47,276 nucleotides of DNA from an uncultured Lachnobacterium sp. (GTDB lineage Bacteria; Bacillota; Clostridia; Lachnospirales; Lachnospiraceae). Where the stretch lies: assembly GCA_945971355.1 (NCBI GenBank), contig CAMFPD010000001.1:1-47276 (forward strand). Direction: 5' to 3'. Position numbers and translations under genes: made by a program. How positions within the stretch are numbered: the stretch's first letter is position 1; every line of letters starts with the position of its first letter. Of this stretch, positions 1-11,178 are shown one piece after another. Below the pieces are notes generated by a model. It saw only the letters and a list, made by a program, of their open reading frames with translations, made no database searches and was not told the DNA's origin.

Positions 1-6
1 GATGTC

Positions 7-645
7 ATGGATGAAGAATTAGTAGAAGAAACAGAAGAAAAAGTGGAAACAGTAGACGAAAGTGAAGATGAAGTATCTGAAATAAGCGAAACTGAGTCGA
101 CAGACGAAGCAGAGGACGCAGAGGATACAGAAGACTCTTCTTCAGAAGATGATGATGCCGATAAAGCAGAAGAAAAAGAAGGCATTTTCAAAAAGAAAAA
201 GAAAAAAGACAAAAAGGATGAGCAGATTGAAGATCTGACAGACAGATTAAAGCGCCAGATGGCTGAGTTTGAAAACTTTCGTAAGCGTACAGAAAAAGAA
301 AAAACTCAGATGTTTGATATGGGAGCAAAGACAATTGTTGAGAAAATACTTCCAGTAATTGATAATTTTGAAAGAGGACTTGCAACAGTTCCAGAGGATA
401 AACAGGAAGATCCTTTTGTAAGCGGAATGCAAATGGTTTACAAACAGCTTATGACAGAACTTGAAAATGCAGGTGTGAAAGCAATTGAATGTGCAGGACA
501 GGAGTTCAATCCTGATTTCCACAACGCTGTAATGCAGGTTGAGAGCGAAGAGCTTGAGAGTGGAATTATTGCACAGGAACTTCAAAAAGGTTATATGTAC
601 AAGGATTCTGTGGTACGTCACAGCATGGTATCAGTTGTACAGTAA
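7..645 (+). CDS. grpE: Nucleotide exchange factor GrpE (frame is open from base 1, so the true start may lie upstream)
   Basis: AEFENFRKR, LPVIDNFER, FNPDFHNAV and QKGYMYKDSVVRHSMV motifs; directly upstream of dnaK. Confidence 0.96.
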   Translation: MDEELVEETEEKVETVDESEDEVSEISETESTDEAEDAEDTEDSSSEDDDADKAEEKEGIFKKKKKKDKKDEQIEDLTDRLKRQMAEFENFRKRTEKEKTQMFDMGAKTIVEKILPVIDNFERGLATVPEDKQEDPFVSGMQMVYKQLMTELENAGVKAIECAGQEFNPDFHNAVMQVESEELESGIIAQELQKGYMYKDSVVRHSMVSVVQ

Positions 646-684
646 ATAAATTTTTGCTTATAATGAATCATTTTTTAATATTAG

Positions 685-2586
<1,902 letters not shown>

Positions 2587-2597
2587 TCATTAAATTT

Positions 2598-2621
2598 GCA
2601 AGGCTGGGTAACCAGCCTTGC
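2598..2621 (+). terminator. Stem-loop between dnaK and dnaJ (partial terminator or mRNA stabiliser)
   Basis: GCAAGGCTGG-GTAA-CCAGCCTTGC perfect 10-bp stem with no clear U-tract. Confidence 0.65.
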
Positions 2622-2666
2622 TTATGTTAATATATAGGAAATGCTCCAGAAGTAAAGGAAAAAGTT

Positions 2667-3833
2667 ATGGCAGAAAAAAGAGATTATTATGAAGTGCTTG
2701 GGGTACCAAAGGGTGCCAGTGAAGCTGATATTAAAAAGGCTTTTAGACAACAGGCAAAGAAGTATCATCCAGATGCTCATCCAGGAGATAAAGAGTGCGA
2801 GGAAAAATTTAAAGAAGCACAGGAAGCGTATGCAGTACTTAGCGATGCAGAGAAGAGAAGACAGTATGATCAGTTTGGTCATGCGGCTTTCGATGGTGGC
2901 GCTGGTGGCGGCGGATTCGATTTCTCTGGTATGGATATGGGGGATATTTTCGGAGATATCTTTGGCGATATTTTCGGCGGAGGAGCAAGACGCTCAAATA
3001 GTAACAGCCCACAGAAGGGTGCAAATGTCAGATTAAGCATTCGAATTAGCTTTGAAGAAGCTGTATTTGGCTGTACTAAGGAAATCGAGTTCAATTATAA
3101 AGATACATGTAGCACATGTGCTGGTACAGGTGCAAAACCAGGCACATCCAAGGAAACCTGTTCGAAGTGTGGTGGAAAAGGAAAGGTAGTATATTCACAG
3201 CAGTCATTATTTGGAATGATGCAGAATGTACAGACATGTCCAGAATGCCAGGGTTCAGGTCAGGTTATCAAAGAAAAGTGTACAAGTTGTCATGGTACAG
3301 GATATGTTAATAAGAAAATGAGAAAGACTATTGATATTCCTGCGGGAATTGATAATGGTCAGTGTGTAAGAATAAGAGATTTTGGTGAACCAGGACGTAA
3401 TGGAGGACCACGTGGAGATATTCTTGTTGAGGTAATGGTATCTAGAAATAATGCCTTCGAGAGACAGGATACAAATATTTTCTCTAATGCATCTATTTCA
3501 TTTGGAATTGCTGCACTTGGTGGTGATATCAGAATCAAAACTGTAGATGGAGATATTATATATACTGTTGCACCAGGCACTCAGACTGGTACAAGAATCC
3601 GTCTTAAGGGAAAAGGTGTACCATCTATTAGAAATAAAGATATACGTGGTGATCATTATGTAACTCTTATTGTTCAGACACCTACAGGACTTTCAAAGGA
3701 AGCAAAGGAGGCGCTCCAGAAGTTCGATGAGCTTTCAGGCGGTTCTCTCACAAAAGAGGGTGGTGCTTCCACTAGTGGAAAGACAAAAAAAGGCTTCATG
3801 GATAAGCTGAAAGACACTTTTGAAGATTTATAG
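2667..3833 (+). CDS. dnaJ: Chaperone DnaJ (class A)
   Basis: J domain ([12 protein letters not shown]), G/F-rich region, four CxxCxGxG zinc motifs. Confidence 0.99.
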   Translation: MAEKRDYYEVLGVPKGASEADIKKAFRQQAKKYHPDAHPGDKECEEKFKEAQEAYAVLSDAEKRRQYDQFGHAAFDGGAGGGGFDFSGMDMGDIFGDIFGDIFGGGARRSNSNSPQKGANVRLSIRISFEEAVFGCTKEIEFNYKDTCSTCAGTGAKPGTSKETCSKCGGKGKVVYSQQSLFGMMQNVQTCPECQGSGQVIKEKCTSCHGTGYVNKKMRKTIDIPAGIDNGQCVRIRDFGEPGRNGGPRGDILVEVMVSRNNAFERQDTNIFSNASISFGIAALGGDIRIKTVDGDIIYTVAPGTQTGTRIRLKGKGVPSIRNKDIRGDHYVTLIVQTPTGLSKEAKEALQKFDELSGGSLTKEGGASTSGKTKKGFMDKLKDTFEDL

Positions 3834-3931
3834 ACTAAATTTCCTATAGATTTACACTACTAAATGTTGTATCATATAGCCATAAATGGCACAAGTTGAT
3901 GAGAGTACAACAGTTTATGGGGTGTTATTCT

Positions 3932-4369
3932 ATGACGTTGAAAGAGGAACGTAGAGAATTAGACGAACAGAGACGCCAGCTAGAAAGAGAACGACGGGAA
4001 TTTTCAAGGCACGTCGAAATTGAAGACAGACGACTTGAACAACAACAGCGTTTATTCGATATGAAAGTAAAGATTCTCGAAGAGGAATTAGTTAAGTTAG
4101 CTTCTGAAAAAGAATATATGGAGAGACAGAAGGCCTTTTATAGCAGGGTAAATGAATATGAGAGAAGTAATTCATATTCAGATAACGAAGAGACCAATGT
4201 TGTAAAGGGAGAGATGTTTTTCTCAGGAGTGGTTAGTAAGCAGTCGATAAAGAAAAGATATAAGGATCTTATTAAAATTTACCATCCTGATAATTTGGGT
4301 GGAGATAATGAAACTATACAGGAAATTAACAGCGAGTATAGTAAATTATGTGCAATGTATAATATTTAG
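3932..4369 (+). CDS. Coiled-coil protein with a C-terminal minimal J domain (class C J-protein)
   Basis: E/R/Q-rich coiled coil then IKKRYKDLIKIYHPDNLGGDNETIQEINSEY; ATG 3932 follows a GGGGTG RBS (ORF track starts at 3896). Confidence 0.85.
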   Translation: MTLKEERRELDEQRRQLERERREFSRHVEIEDRRLEQQQRLFDMKVKILEEELVKLASEKEYMERQKAFYSRVNEYERSNSYSDNEETNVVKGEMFFSGVVSKQSIKKRYKDLIKIYHPDNLGGDNETIQEINSEYSKLCAMYNI

Positions 4370-4402
4370 GGTAACATATACGAATGGGTATGTTACCCTT
4401 TT
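4368..4402 (+). terminator. Rho-independent terminator
   Basis: AGGGTAACATA...TATGTTACCCT followed by TTT. Confidence 0.75.
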
Positions 4403-4447
4403 GTGTTGATATATGGGAATAACATGGCAATTCCGTATATATTAACA

Positions 4448-4476
4448 TTGGAAAAATGCATTTTTTATGATAAAAT
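4448..4476 (+). promoter_or_regulatory. SigA-type promoter for the small ORF at 4520
   Basis: TTGGAA-17 bp-TAAAAT with extended TG. Confidence 0.6.
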
Positions 4477-4519
4477 GTTTTTTGAATAAGAGAGTATATT
4501 AGAGTTATAAGGGGAAAAG

Positions 4520-4705
4520 ATGAATAGAGATAGTTTGATTGCGAGTTTGTCAGATGCATTTGGAGCTCGCGAAGATAGGGAAAAGAAAAAAGAGCAGAAA
4601 ATCATAAAGGAAAGATGCGAACAGGTGCAGCATGCCATAGACATGGGATTCCTGACGGAGGAAGACGTGTATAAGCGACTTCAGCAGGAACGAAATAAAA
4701 AGTAA
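4520..4705 (+). CDS. Small charged hypothetical protein (61 aa) with a SHOCT-like C-terminus
   Basis: AAGGGG RBS, candidate promoter upstream, hairpin downstream; IDMGFLTEEDV resembles the SHOCT core. Confidence 0.65.
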   Translation: MNRDSLIASLSDAFGAREDREKKKEQKIIKERCEQVQHAIDMGFLTEEDVYKRLQQERNKK

Positions 4706-4740
4706 GAAACAGTTGATGTAGAGTTATAAAGAAGAAAATG

Positions 4741-4760
4741 GGGCAGTCGTGAGACTGCCC
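4741..4760 (+). terminator. GC-rich hairpin after the small ORF (possible terminator)
   Basis: GGGCAGTC-GTGA-GACTGCCC, GNRA loop, weak U-tract. Confidence 0.55.
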
Positions 4761-4796
4761 TATGATATGTATAAATAAAAATATTAAGTTAGATGG

Positions 4797-4880
4797 ATGA
4801 CAGGCAGCCGATGGCTTGCGGGAATGCGCAGATAAAATATCAAAAAACTGATGCACATTCCATAGCAAGAACGCTGTGAA
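4797..4880. repeat. REP-like long imperfect palindrome or structured RNA upstream of prmA
   Basis: CAGC..CTTGC.GGAATG.GCA ... TGC.CATTCC..GCAAG..GCTG pairing; GC-rich island in an AT-rich spacer; single copy in this window. Confidence 0.45.
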
Positions 4881-4910
4881 GTTTTTAATTATGTGGAAGG
4901 AATTGAGAAA

Positions 4911-5999
4911 ATGAAGTGGAAAAAATATACGATTGAAACTACTACTGTAGCAGAGGATTTTCTGGCAGGAATGCTTATGGAGCTGGGAATAGAGGGAATA
5001 GAGATTGAGGATAATATCCCGCTTACAAAAGAAGAACAGGCCGATATGTTTATAGATTTTCTTCCAGAGCTTCCACCAGATGAAGGAATTAGTCATGTAA
5101 GTTTTTACATAGAGGTTGCAGGGGATTCAGAGGCATCTGAGGAATTTAAGGACGCTTTTGAGGATGTGGCATCGGAAGCATTTTCAAATACTGGCACAGA
5201 GATTCTTCCACCGACAGGAATGACAGAGGATGAGCAGAAAAAACTTCTCCTTCGAGTGAAAGAAAAGTTGGAAGAGCTGAGAACTACAGTAGATATTGGA
5301 AGCGGTATTATTTCTTCTTCTGAGACAGAGGATTTAGATTGGATTAATAACTGGAAGAATTTCTTCTCCTCATTTTATATCGAAGATCTTCTTATCAAAC
5401 CAACATGGGAGGAGCTTAAGCCTGAGGATGAAGGGAAGCCGGTTATAGAGATTGATCCGGGTATATCCTTTGGAACAGGAAAGCATGAGACTACTCAGTT
5501 GTGTATCAAACAGCTTATCAAATATGTGAGAGGTAATGGCGAGTACACACCAGAGTGGAAAAATCCAAGAGTACTAGATGTTGGATGTGGAAGTGGAATT
5601 TTATCAATTGTGGCATTGAAGCTCGGTGCCAGTGAAGTGGTGGGAACTGACCTTGATGCAGATTGCATGATTTCTACCCGGGATAACATGAAGGTTAATA
5701 AGCTTGATGAAAAACTCGGAACATTTTATGTGGGAAATCTTATTTCTGATAAAGAATTACAGGAAAAGGTCGGAACTGAGTGTTACGAGATTGTGGTAGC
5801 AAATATTTTGGCAGATGTGATTATTCCTATGGCATCTGTTATACCAGCCCGACTAAAAAAAGGTGGCTATTTTATTACATCTGGAATAATTGATTTCAAG
5901 GAAAATGAAGTGAAAGAAGCGATTGAAAAGGCTGGTCTTGAAATAGTTGAGATAAATCATCAGGGTGAATGGGTTAATATTACAGCCCGTAAGAATTAG
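4911..5999 (+). CDS. prmA: Ribosomal protein L11 methyltransferase
   Basis: DWINNWKNFF, DPGISFGTGKHETT, VLDVGCGSGILS, VANILA; ATG 4911 preferred over GTG 4893. Confidence 0.97.
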   Translation: MKWKKYTIETTTVAEDFLAGMLMELGIEGIEIEDNIPLTKEEQADMFIDFLPELPPDEGISHVSFYIEVAGDSEASEEFKDAFEDVASEAFSNTGTEILPPTGMTEDEQKKLLLRVKEKLEELRTTVDIGSGIISSSETEDLDWINNWKNFFSSFYIEDLLIKPTWEELKPEDEGKPVIEIDPGISFGTGKHETTQLCIKQLIKYVRGNGEYTPEWKNPRVLDVGCGSGILSIVALKLGASEVVGTDLDADCMISTRDNMKVNKLDEKLGTFYVGNLISDKELQEKVGTECYEIVVANILADVIIPMASVIPARLKKGGYFITSGIIDFKENEVKEAIEKAGLEIVEINHQGEWVNITARKN

Positions 6000-6015
6000 T
6001 GTCAGAGGATAATGT

Positions 6016-6759
6016 ATGTATCAGTTTTTTGTGGGTGATGACCAGGTATTTGAAAATAAAATTCAGATAGTAGGTTCAGATGTTAATCATATAGGGAATG
6101 TGCTTCGCATGAAGCCAGGTGTAAAGGTACGAGTAAGTGATGAAAGTGGAAGAGCCTATTTTTGCACTATAGAGTCAATCAGCGAGAATGATGTGTGGGT
6201 AATGATAGATGAAATAGATGAAAAAGGCACAGAGTTACCGTGTAGAATTGTTCTTTTTCAAGGATTGCCAAAGGGAGATAAGATGGAACTTATCATTCAA
6301 AAAGCTGTGGAGCTTGGAGTGAATGAGATTGTTCCTGTGGCTATGAAAAACTGTGTTATGAGGCTTGATGAGAAAAAGGTCGATAAAAAAATAGAGCGTT
6401 GGCAGAATATAGCTGAAAGCGCAGCAAAGCAGTCAAAGAGAACAATTATTCCTAAAATATCAAAACCCATGAAATATAAGCAGGCATTGGAAGCGGCAAA
6501 GGAGCTTGATATTACACTTGTTCCATATGAAAACCAGCGTGGAATGGAGCAGACCAGAGAGATTATTGATGGTATTGCAGAAAAAATGTCTCAGAGTATA
6601 GGAATAATCGTGGGACCGGAGGGCGGATTTGCAGCTGATGAAATTGCAATGGTAGATGAGCTTGATTCAATGCATAGAATTAGTCTTGGCAGAAGAATAC
6701 TTAGAACAGAGACTGCAGGAATGGCAACTTTAGCCATGCTTGTTTACAGACTGGATTAG
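6016..6759 (+). CDS. rsmE: 16S rRNA m3U1498 methyltransferase
   Basis: HIGNVLRM, IQKAVELGV, VGPEGGF, LGRRILRTETA. Confidence 0.97.
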   Translation: MYQFFVGDDQVFENKIQIVGSDVNHIGNVLRMKPGVKVRVSDESGRAYFCTIESISENDVWVMIDEIDEKGTELPCRIVLFQGLPKGDKMELIIQKAVELGVNEIVPVAMKNCVMRLDEKKVDKKIERWQNIAESAAKQSKRTIIPKISKPMKYKQALEAAKELDITLVPYENQRGMEQTREIIDGIAEKMSQSIGIIVGPEGGFAADEIAMVDELDSMHRISLGRRILRTETAGMATLAMLVYRLD

Positions 6760-6822
6760 AGAGCTTTTTGGACATTGATAATGATTTGTGTAATAAGGGT
6801 ATATGTATATAAAGGAGCATAG

Positions 6823-7977
6823 ATGGAAGCATATTTGGATAATTCAGCAACTACACGTTGCTGTAAAGAGGCAACAGATAAGATGGTGGAGCTACTTACA
6901 ATGGATTATGGAAATCCATCTTCTTTGCATATGAAGGGTGTTGTTGCGGAAAAATATATAAATGAGGCAAAGAAGAAAATAGCAAAGACACTCAAGTGCC
7001 AGGAAAAGGAATTAGTATTTACATCTGGTGGAACAGAGTCTAACAATCTTGCAATAATTGGAAGCGCCATGGCAAATCACAGAGCAGGGAAGCATATTAT
7101 AACTACAAAGGTAGAACATGCATCTGTGTCAAACCCGGTAAAGTATCTGGAAGAAAATGGATTTGAAATCACATACTTAGGAGTTGATAAGGATGGTATA
7201 ATATCTCTTGAGGAACTCGAAAATGCAATTAGGGAAGATACAATCCTTGTTTCAATAATGCAGGTTAATAATGAGATTGGTGCAGTTATGCCAGTGGAAG
7301 AGGCTGGAAAGATAATTAAGAAAGTAAATCCCAATACATTATTTCATATAGATGCTATTCAGTCTTACGGTAAAATGGAGATTTATCCTAAGAATTTAAA
7401 TTGCGATTTATTGTCAGTGAGTGGACATAAAATTCATGGGCCAAAGGGAAGTGGATTTTTATATATAAAGGATAAGACAAAGATAAAGCCAATTATCTAT
7501 GGTGGTGGACAGCAGAAGGGAATGAGGTCAGGAACCGAAAATGTTCCAGCAATCGCCGGTCTTGGAGAGGCTGCAACGGAAATATATACAGACCTTGACA
7601 GCAAAGTGGATGCAATGTATGCTCTTAAGGCTCATTTTATAGAGGAAGCAACAAAAATTGACGGAGTTACTGTTAACGGACGAATTGGAAGAGACAGTGC
7701 ACCACATATTGTAAGTGTAAGCATTGAAGGAGTGAGAGCGGAGGTTATCCTTCATACTCTTGAGGATAAAAATATATATGTATCGGCAGGAAGTGCATGC
7801 TCATCGAATAAGCCTGCAATTAGCGCCACCTTAAAGAGCATTGGTCTTTCAAACAATCTGCTGGATTCAACAGTAAGATTTAGTTTTTGTGTGGATACAA
7901 CAATGCAGGAAGTAGATTATGCAATAGAAGTTATGCAGGATGTGATTCCAAAATTACAAAAGTATACACGTAGATAA
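6823..7977 (+). CDS. iscS: Cysteine desulfurase (IscS/NifS family, ThiI-associated)
   Basis: YLDNSATT, FTSGGTESNN, SGHKIHGPKG (PLP Lys), SAGSACSS (catalytic Cys); adjacent to thiI. Confidence 0.93.
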   Translation: MEAYLDNSATTRCCKEATDKMVELLTMDYGNPSSLHMKGVVAEKYINEAKKKIAKTLKCQEKELVFTSGGTESNNLAIIGSAMANHRAGKHIITTKVEHASVSNPVKYLEENGFEITYLGVDKDGIISLEELENAIREDTILVSIMQVNNEIGAVMPVEEAGKIIKKVNPNTLFHIDAIQSYGKMEIYPKNLNCDLLSVSGHKIHGPKGSGFLYIKDKTKIKPIIYGGGQQKGMRSGTENVPAIAGLGEAATEIYTDLDSKVDAMYALKAHFIEEATKIDGVTVNGRIGRDSAPHIVSVSIEGVRAEVILHTLEDKNIYVSAGSACSSNKPAISATLKSIGLSNNLLDSTVRFSFCVDTTMQEVDYAIEVMQDVIPKLQKYTRR

Positions 7978-7986
7978 GGAGAAAAT

Positions 7987-9171
7987 ATGTATAAGACTTT
8001 TTTGATTAAATATGCAGAAATTGCAATTAAAGGAAAGAATCGATATGTTTTTGAGGATGCACTTGTAAAAAATATCAAGTATGCATTAAAAGATGTAGAT
8101 GGAAATTTTGAAGTTAGAAAAGAATCAGGAAGAGTGTATGTAGAGACAGAAGGGGACTATGATTATGATGAGACAGTCGCAGCACTTCAGAGGGTGTTTG
8201 GTATTGTTGGTATATGTCCTGTTGAGCTACACGAGGATGAAGGATTTGACAAGCTGGCAGAAGCTGTTGTAGAGCATATTAACAATGTGTACAAGGATAA
8301 GAATTTTACTTTCAAAATTAATGCCAGACGTGCAAGAAAGAACTATCCTATGACATCTATGGAGATTAATGCTGCAGTTGGAGAGAAGGTTCTTGAAGCT
8401 TTCCCAGAGACAAGGGTAGATGTGCATAATCCAGAGGTGCTTATCAATGTGGAAATTAGACCAATGATAAATATATACTCAGAGGAGCTTAAGGGACCTG
8501 GTGGAATGCCACTTGGAACAGCCGGAAAGGCAATGCTTCTATTATCGGGTGGAATTGACAGTCCTGTTGCTGGATATATGATTGCAAAGAGAGGAGTTGT
8601 TCTTGAGGCAACTTATTTCCATGCACCACCATACACAAGCGAGAGAGCAAAACAGAAGGTAATTGACCTGGCAAAGAAGGTGGCAAGGTATTCCGGAAGA
8701 ATTAATCTTCATATTGTTAATTTTACAGATATTCAGTTAGAGATATATGAGAAATGTCCACATGACGAGCTTACCATCATTATGCGCAGATATATGATGA
8801 AAATTGCTGAGCATTTTGCAAAGGAAGGAAAATGTCTAGGTCTTATTACAGGTGAGAGTATCGGTCAGGTGGCAAGCCAGACAATGCAGTCACTTGCAGT
8901 TACAAATGAAGTGTGCGAGCTTCCTGTATATCGCCCACTTATCGCGATGGACAAGAATGACATTATAGATATTTCGAATAAGATTGATACCTATGAGACA
9001 TCAATTCTTCCATATGAGGATTGCTGTACGATTTTTGTAGCAAAGCATCCGGTTACAAAACCAAATTTGAATTATATCAAGAAGTCAGAGCGCAAATTGG
9101 AGGATACAATTGATGCACTTATGGCTGCTGCAATTGAAACAACAGAGCATATAGTGGTTGATGCTGAGTAG
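7987..9171 (+). CDS. thiI: tRNA 4-thiouridine synthase
   Basis: THUMP domain, PP-loop LLSGGIDSPVA, GESIGQVASQT, YEDCC. Confidence 0.97.
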   Translation: MYKTFLIKYAEIAIKGKNRYVFEDALVKNIKYALKDVDGNFEVRKESGRVYVETEGDYDYDETVAALQRVFGIVGICPVELHEDEGFDKLAEAVVEHINNVYKDKNFTFKINARRARKNYPMTSMEINAAVGEKVLEAFPETRVDVHNPEVLINVEIRPMINIYSEELKGPGGMPLGTAGKAMLLLSGGIDSPVAGYMIAKRGVVLEATYFHAPPYTSERAKQKVIDLAKKVARYSGRINLHIVNFTDIQLEIYEKCPHDELTIIMRRYMMKIAEHFAKEGKCLGLITGESIGQVASQTMQSLAVTNEVCELPVYRPLIAMDKNDIIDISNKIDTYETSILPYEDCCTIFVAKHPVTKPNLNYIKKSERKLEDTIDALMAAAIETTEHIVVDAE

Positions 9172-9172
9172 C

Positions 9173-9203
9173 AAAAAAAGAAGACCTGAATTTTCAGGTC
9201 TTC
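9173..9203 (-). terminator. Terminator between convergent thiI and the HPr-like gene
   Basis: GAAGACCTGAA-TT-TTCAGGTCTTC preceded by an A-run (U-tract on the - strand). Confidence 0.75.
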
Positions 9204-9220
9204 AAAATTGCGAATCAAAA

Positions 9221-9454
9221 TTACTCAATAATGTATGGTTTTAAAACTTCCATAATTTCATCGAGATTTGTCTCGGTATGTATTGCTAAATCGATAGGCT
9301 TAGATAAATCTAAACTGAAAATTCCCATGATGGATTTTGCATCGATTACATATCTGCCAGAGATTAAATCAAAATCGAAGTCGAACTGAGTGATTGCATT
9401 AACAAATGATTTAACTTTTCCAATAGAGTTTAATGAAATCTGTACTGTTTTCAT
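9221..9454 (-). CDS. HPr-family protein lacking the PTS His15 (Crh-like)
   Basis: VIDAKSIMGIFSL Ser46 motif, no GLHARP motif; AGGAGG RBS. Confidence 0.9.
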   Translation of the reverse strand: MKTVQISLNSIGKVKSFVNAITQFDFDFDLISGRYVIDAKSIMGIFSLDLSKPIDLAIHTETNLDEIMEVLKPYIIE

Positions 9455-9487
9455 AGGAAAACCTCCTTAATTACTTTCTATAAATTG

Positions 9488-9516
9488 ATAGTAATGGTTT
9501 TCGTGAAAAAAGTCAA
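9488..9516 (-). promoter_or_regulatory. SigA-type promoter of the HPr-like gene
   Basis: Minus strand TTGACT-17 bp-TACTAT. Confidence 0.6.
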
Positions 9517-9536
9517 TTGATATAGGAGTTAAAATA

Positions 9537-10865
9537 ATGAAAAAAGCGGCATTACATAATTTAGGATGTAAGGTAAATGCATATGAGACAGAAGCAATGC
9601 AGCAATTGCTTGAGGAAGCAGGCTATGAGATAGTTCCTTTTTCTGAGAAAGCTGATGTATATGTAGTAAATACCTGTTCTGTGACTAACATGGCCGATAG
9701 AAAATCAAGACAGATGCTTCATAAAGCAAAAAAATTAAACCCTGATTCAATTGTGGTTGGAGCAGGCTGTTATGTGCAGACTAAGGAGCAGGAAGCAATT
9801 TCTGACTTAGCAATAGATATTATTATTGGTAATAACAAAAAACATGAGCTGGTTTCTCTGATTAATGAATATATGGCAAAGAGGGAAAATACACACAGTG
9901 ATTTGTTAACTGAAAATGCTGTGATTGATATAAATGATAATAAGCAGGAATTTGAGGAATTATTTTTATCAAAGACAGCAGAACATACAAGAGCATTTAT
10001 CAAGGTTCAGGATGGATGTAATCAGTTCTGCAGCTATTGTATTATTCCTTATGCCAGAGGCAGAGTCAGAAGTAGAAGTATAGAAAATGTTTTGGCGGAA
10101 GTAAACAGATTGGCTCAAAATGGGTTTAAGGAAATTGTATTAACAGGAATTCATCTCAGCTCATACGGTGTTGATTGTGATGATAATCTTCTGCATCTGA
10201 TTCGGGAGGTTCACAAGGTTGATGGAATTGAGAGAATCAGACTAGGCTCATTTGAACCTAGACTTATAACTGAGGAATTTGCATCTGAGCTTTCAAAGCT
10301 TGAAAAGGTGTGCCCTCATTTTCATCTTTCATTGCAGAGTGGCTGCGATGAAACATTAAACCGTATGAATAGAAAATACACCACTGAGGAATATGCAAGA
10401 AGCTGCCAATTACTTAGAAAGTATTTTGATCACCCTGCCATAACTACAGATGTTATCGTTGGATTTCCAGGCGAAACAGAGGAAGAATTTGAAAAAACAA
10501 AAGAATATCTTGAAAAAATACATTTTTATGAGATGCATATCTTTAAATACTCTAAGAGACAGGGAACAAGGGCTGCTGTGATGGACAATCAGGTTCCAGA
10601 TGAGATTAAGACAAAGCGAAGCAGTATTCTTATTGAACTTGGCAACAGAATGTCAAAGGAGTACAGAGATTATTATATCGGAATGGATAAAGAAGTCTTG
10701 TTCGAAGAAAAAACAAAATTATTTGGAAAAGAATATTTTGTGGGATATACTAAAGAGTACGTAAAGGTAGCAATTGAAACACAGGAAAACGTGGAAAACA
10801 GGCTTATAACAGGAAAGATAGCAGAGCCATTAAGTGGCGAAGTATATTTGATGAAGAATATATAG
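9537..10865 (+). CDS. mtaB: tRNA t6A37 methylthiotransferase (radical SAM)
   Basis: LGCKVNAYE, NTCSVT, KVQDGCNQFCSYCIIPYARG. Confidence 0.96.
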   Translation: MKKAALHNLGCKVNAYETEAMQQLLEEAGYEIVPFSEKADVYVVNTCSVTNMADRKSRQMLHKAKKLNPDSIVVGAGCYVQTKEQEAISDLAIDIIIGNNKKHELVSLINEYMAKRENTHSDLLTENAVIDINDNKQEFEELFLSKTAEHTRAFIKVQDGCNQFCSYCIIPYARGRVRSRSIENVLAEVNRLAQNGFKEIVLTGIHLSSYGVDCDDNLLHLIREVHKVDGIERIRLGSFEPRLITEEFASELSKLEKVCPHFHLSLQSGCDETLNRMNRKYTTEEYARSCQLLRKYFDHPAITTDVIVGFPGETEEEFEKTKEYLEKIHFYEMHIFKYSKRQGTRAAVMDNQVPDEIKTKRSSILIELGNRMSKEYRDYYIGMDKEVLFEEKTKLFGKEYFVGYTKEYVKVAIETQENVENRLITGKIAEPLSGEVYLMKNI

Positions 10866-10866
10866 G

Positions 10867-10895
10867 TTGTATTTTGGAAACATTTCGTTTACAAT
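10867..10895 (+). promoter_or_regulatory. SigA-type promoter of the ireB-ruvX cluster
   Basis: TTGTAT-17 bp-TACAAT. Confidence 0.5.
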
Positions 10896-10918
10896 TATAG
10901 GACAAAGGGTGTGAGCGT

Positions 10919-11176
10919 ATGGAGAATATAAATAATACACAATATTTTACAGTACAAAAAGAAAAAGAGCTTCAGGTAAAGGACGTTCTGGAGATAGTTT
11001 ACCGTGCTCTCAGTGAAAAAGGATACAATCCAGTTAATCAGATGGTGGGATATATTATGTCCGGTGATCCGACTTATATCACTAGTCATAATAATGCCAG
11101 AAGTCTGATTATGAAGGTTGAGAGAGACGAATTGGTGGAGGAAGTTCTCAAGACATATATAGAGAACAATTTCTAA
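10919..11176 (+). CDS. ireB: IreB/ReoM family regulatory phosphoprotein (UPF0297)
   Basis: [32 protein letters not shown]; conserved order with ruvX and DUF1292. Confidence 0.95.
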   Translation: MENINNTQYFTVQKEKELQVKDVLEIVYRALSEKGYNPVNQMVGYIMSGDPTYITSHNNARSLIMKVERDELVEEVLKTYIENNF

Positions 11177-11178
11177 AA

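Noticed and set aside
7-220. Very acidic N-terminus and poly-Lys run of GrpE
   Set aside because: Disordered low-complexity N-termini are normal for GrpE; the frame is intact through the A-rich run
3841-3895. Possible sigma-28 or SigK promoter before the J-domain gene (TAAA...GCCATAAA; CATATAG)
   Set aside because: Spacing and -10 matches are too poor to support a call
4602-5096. 164-aa minus-strand ORF across the small gene, hairpin element and prmA
   Set aside because: F/I/L-rich antisense composition; overlaps better-supported + strand genes
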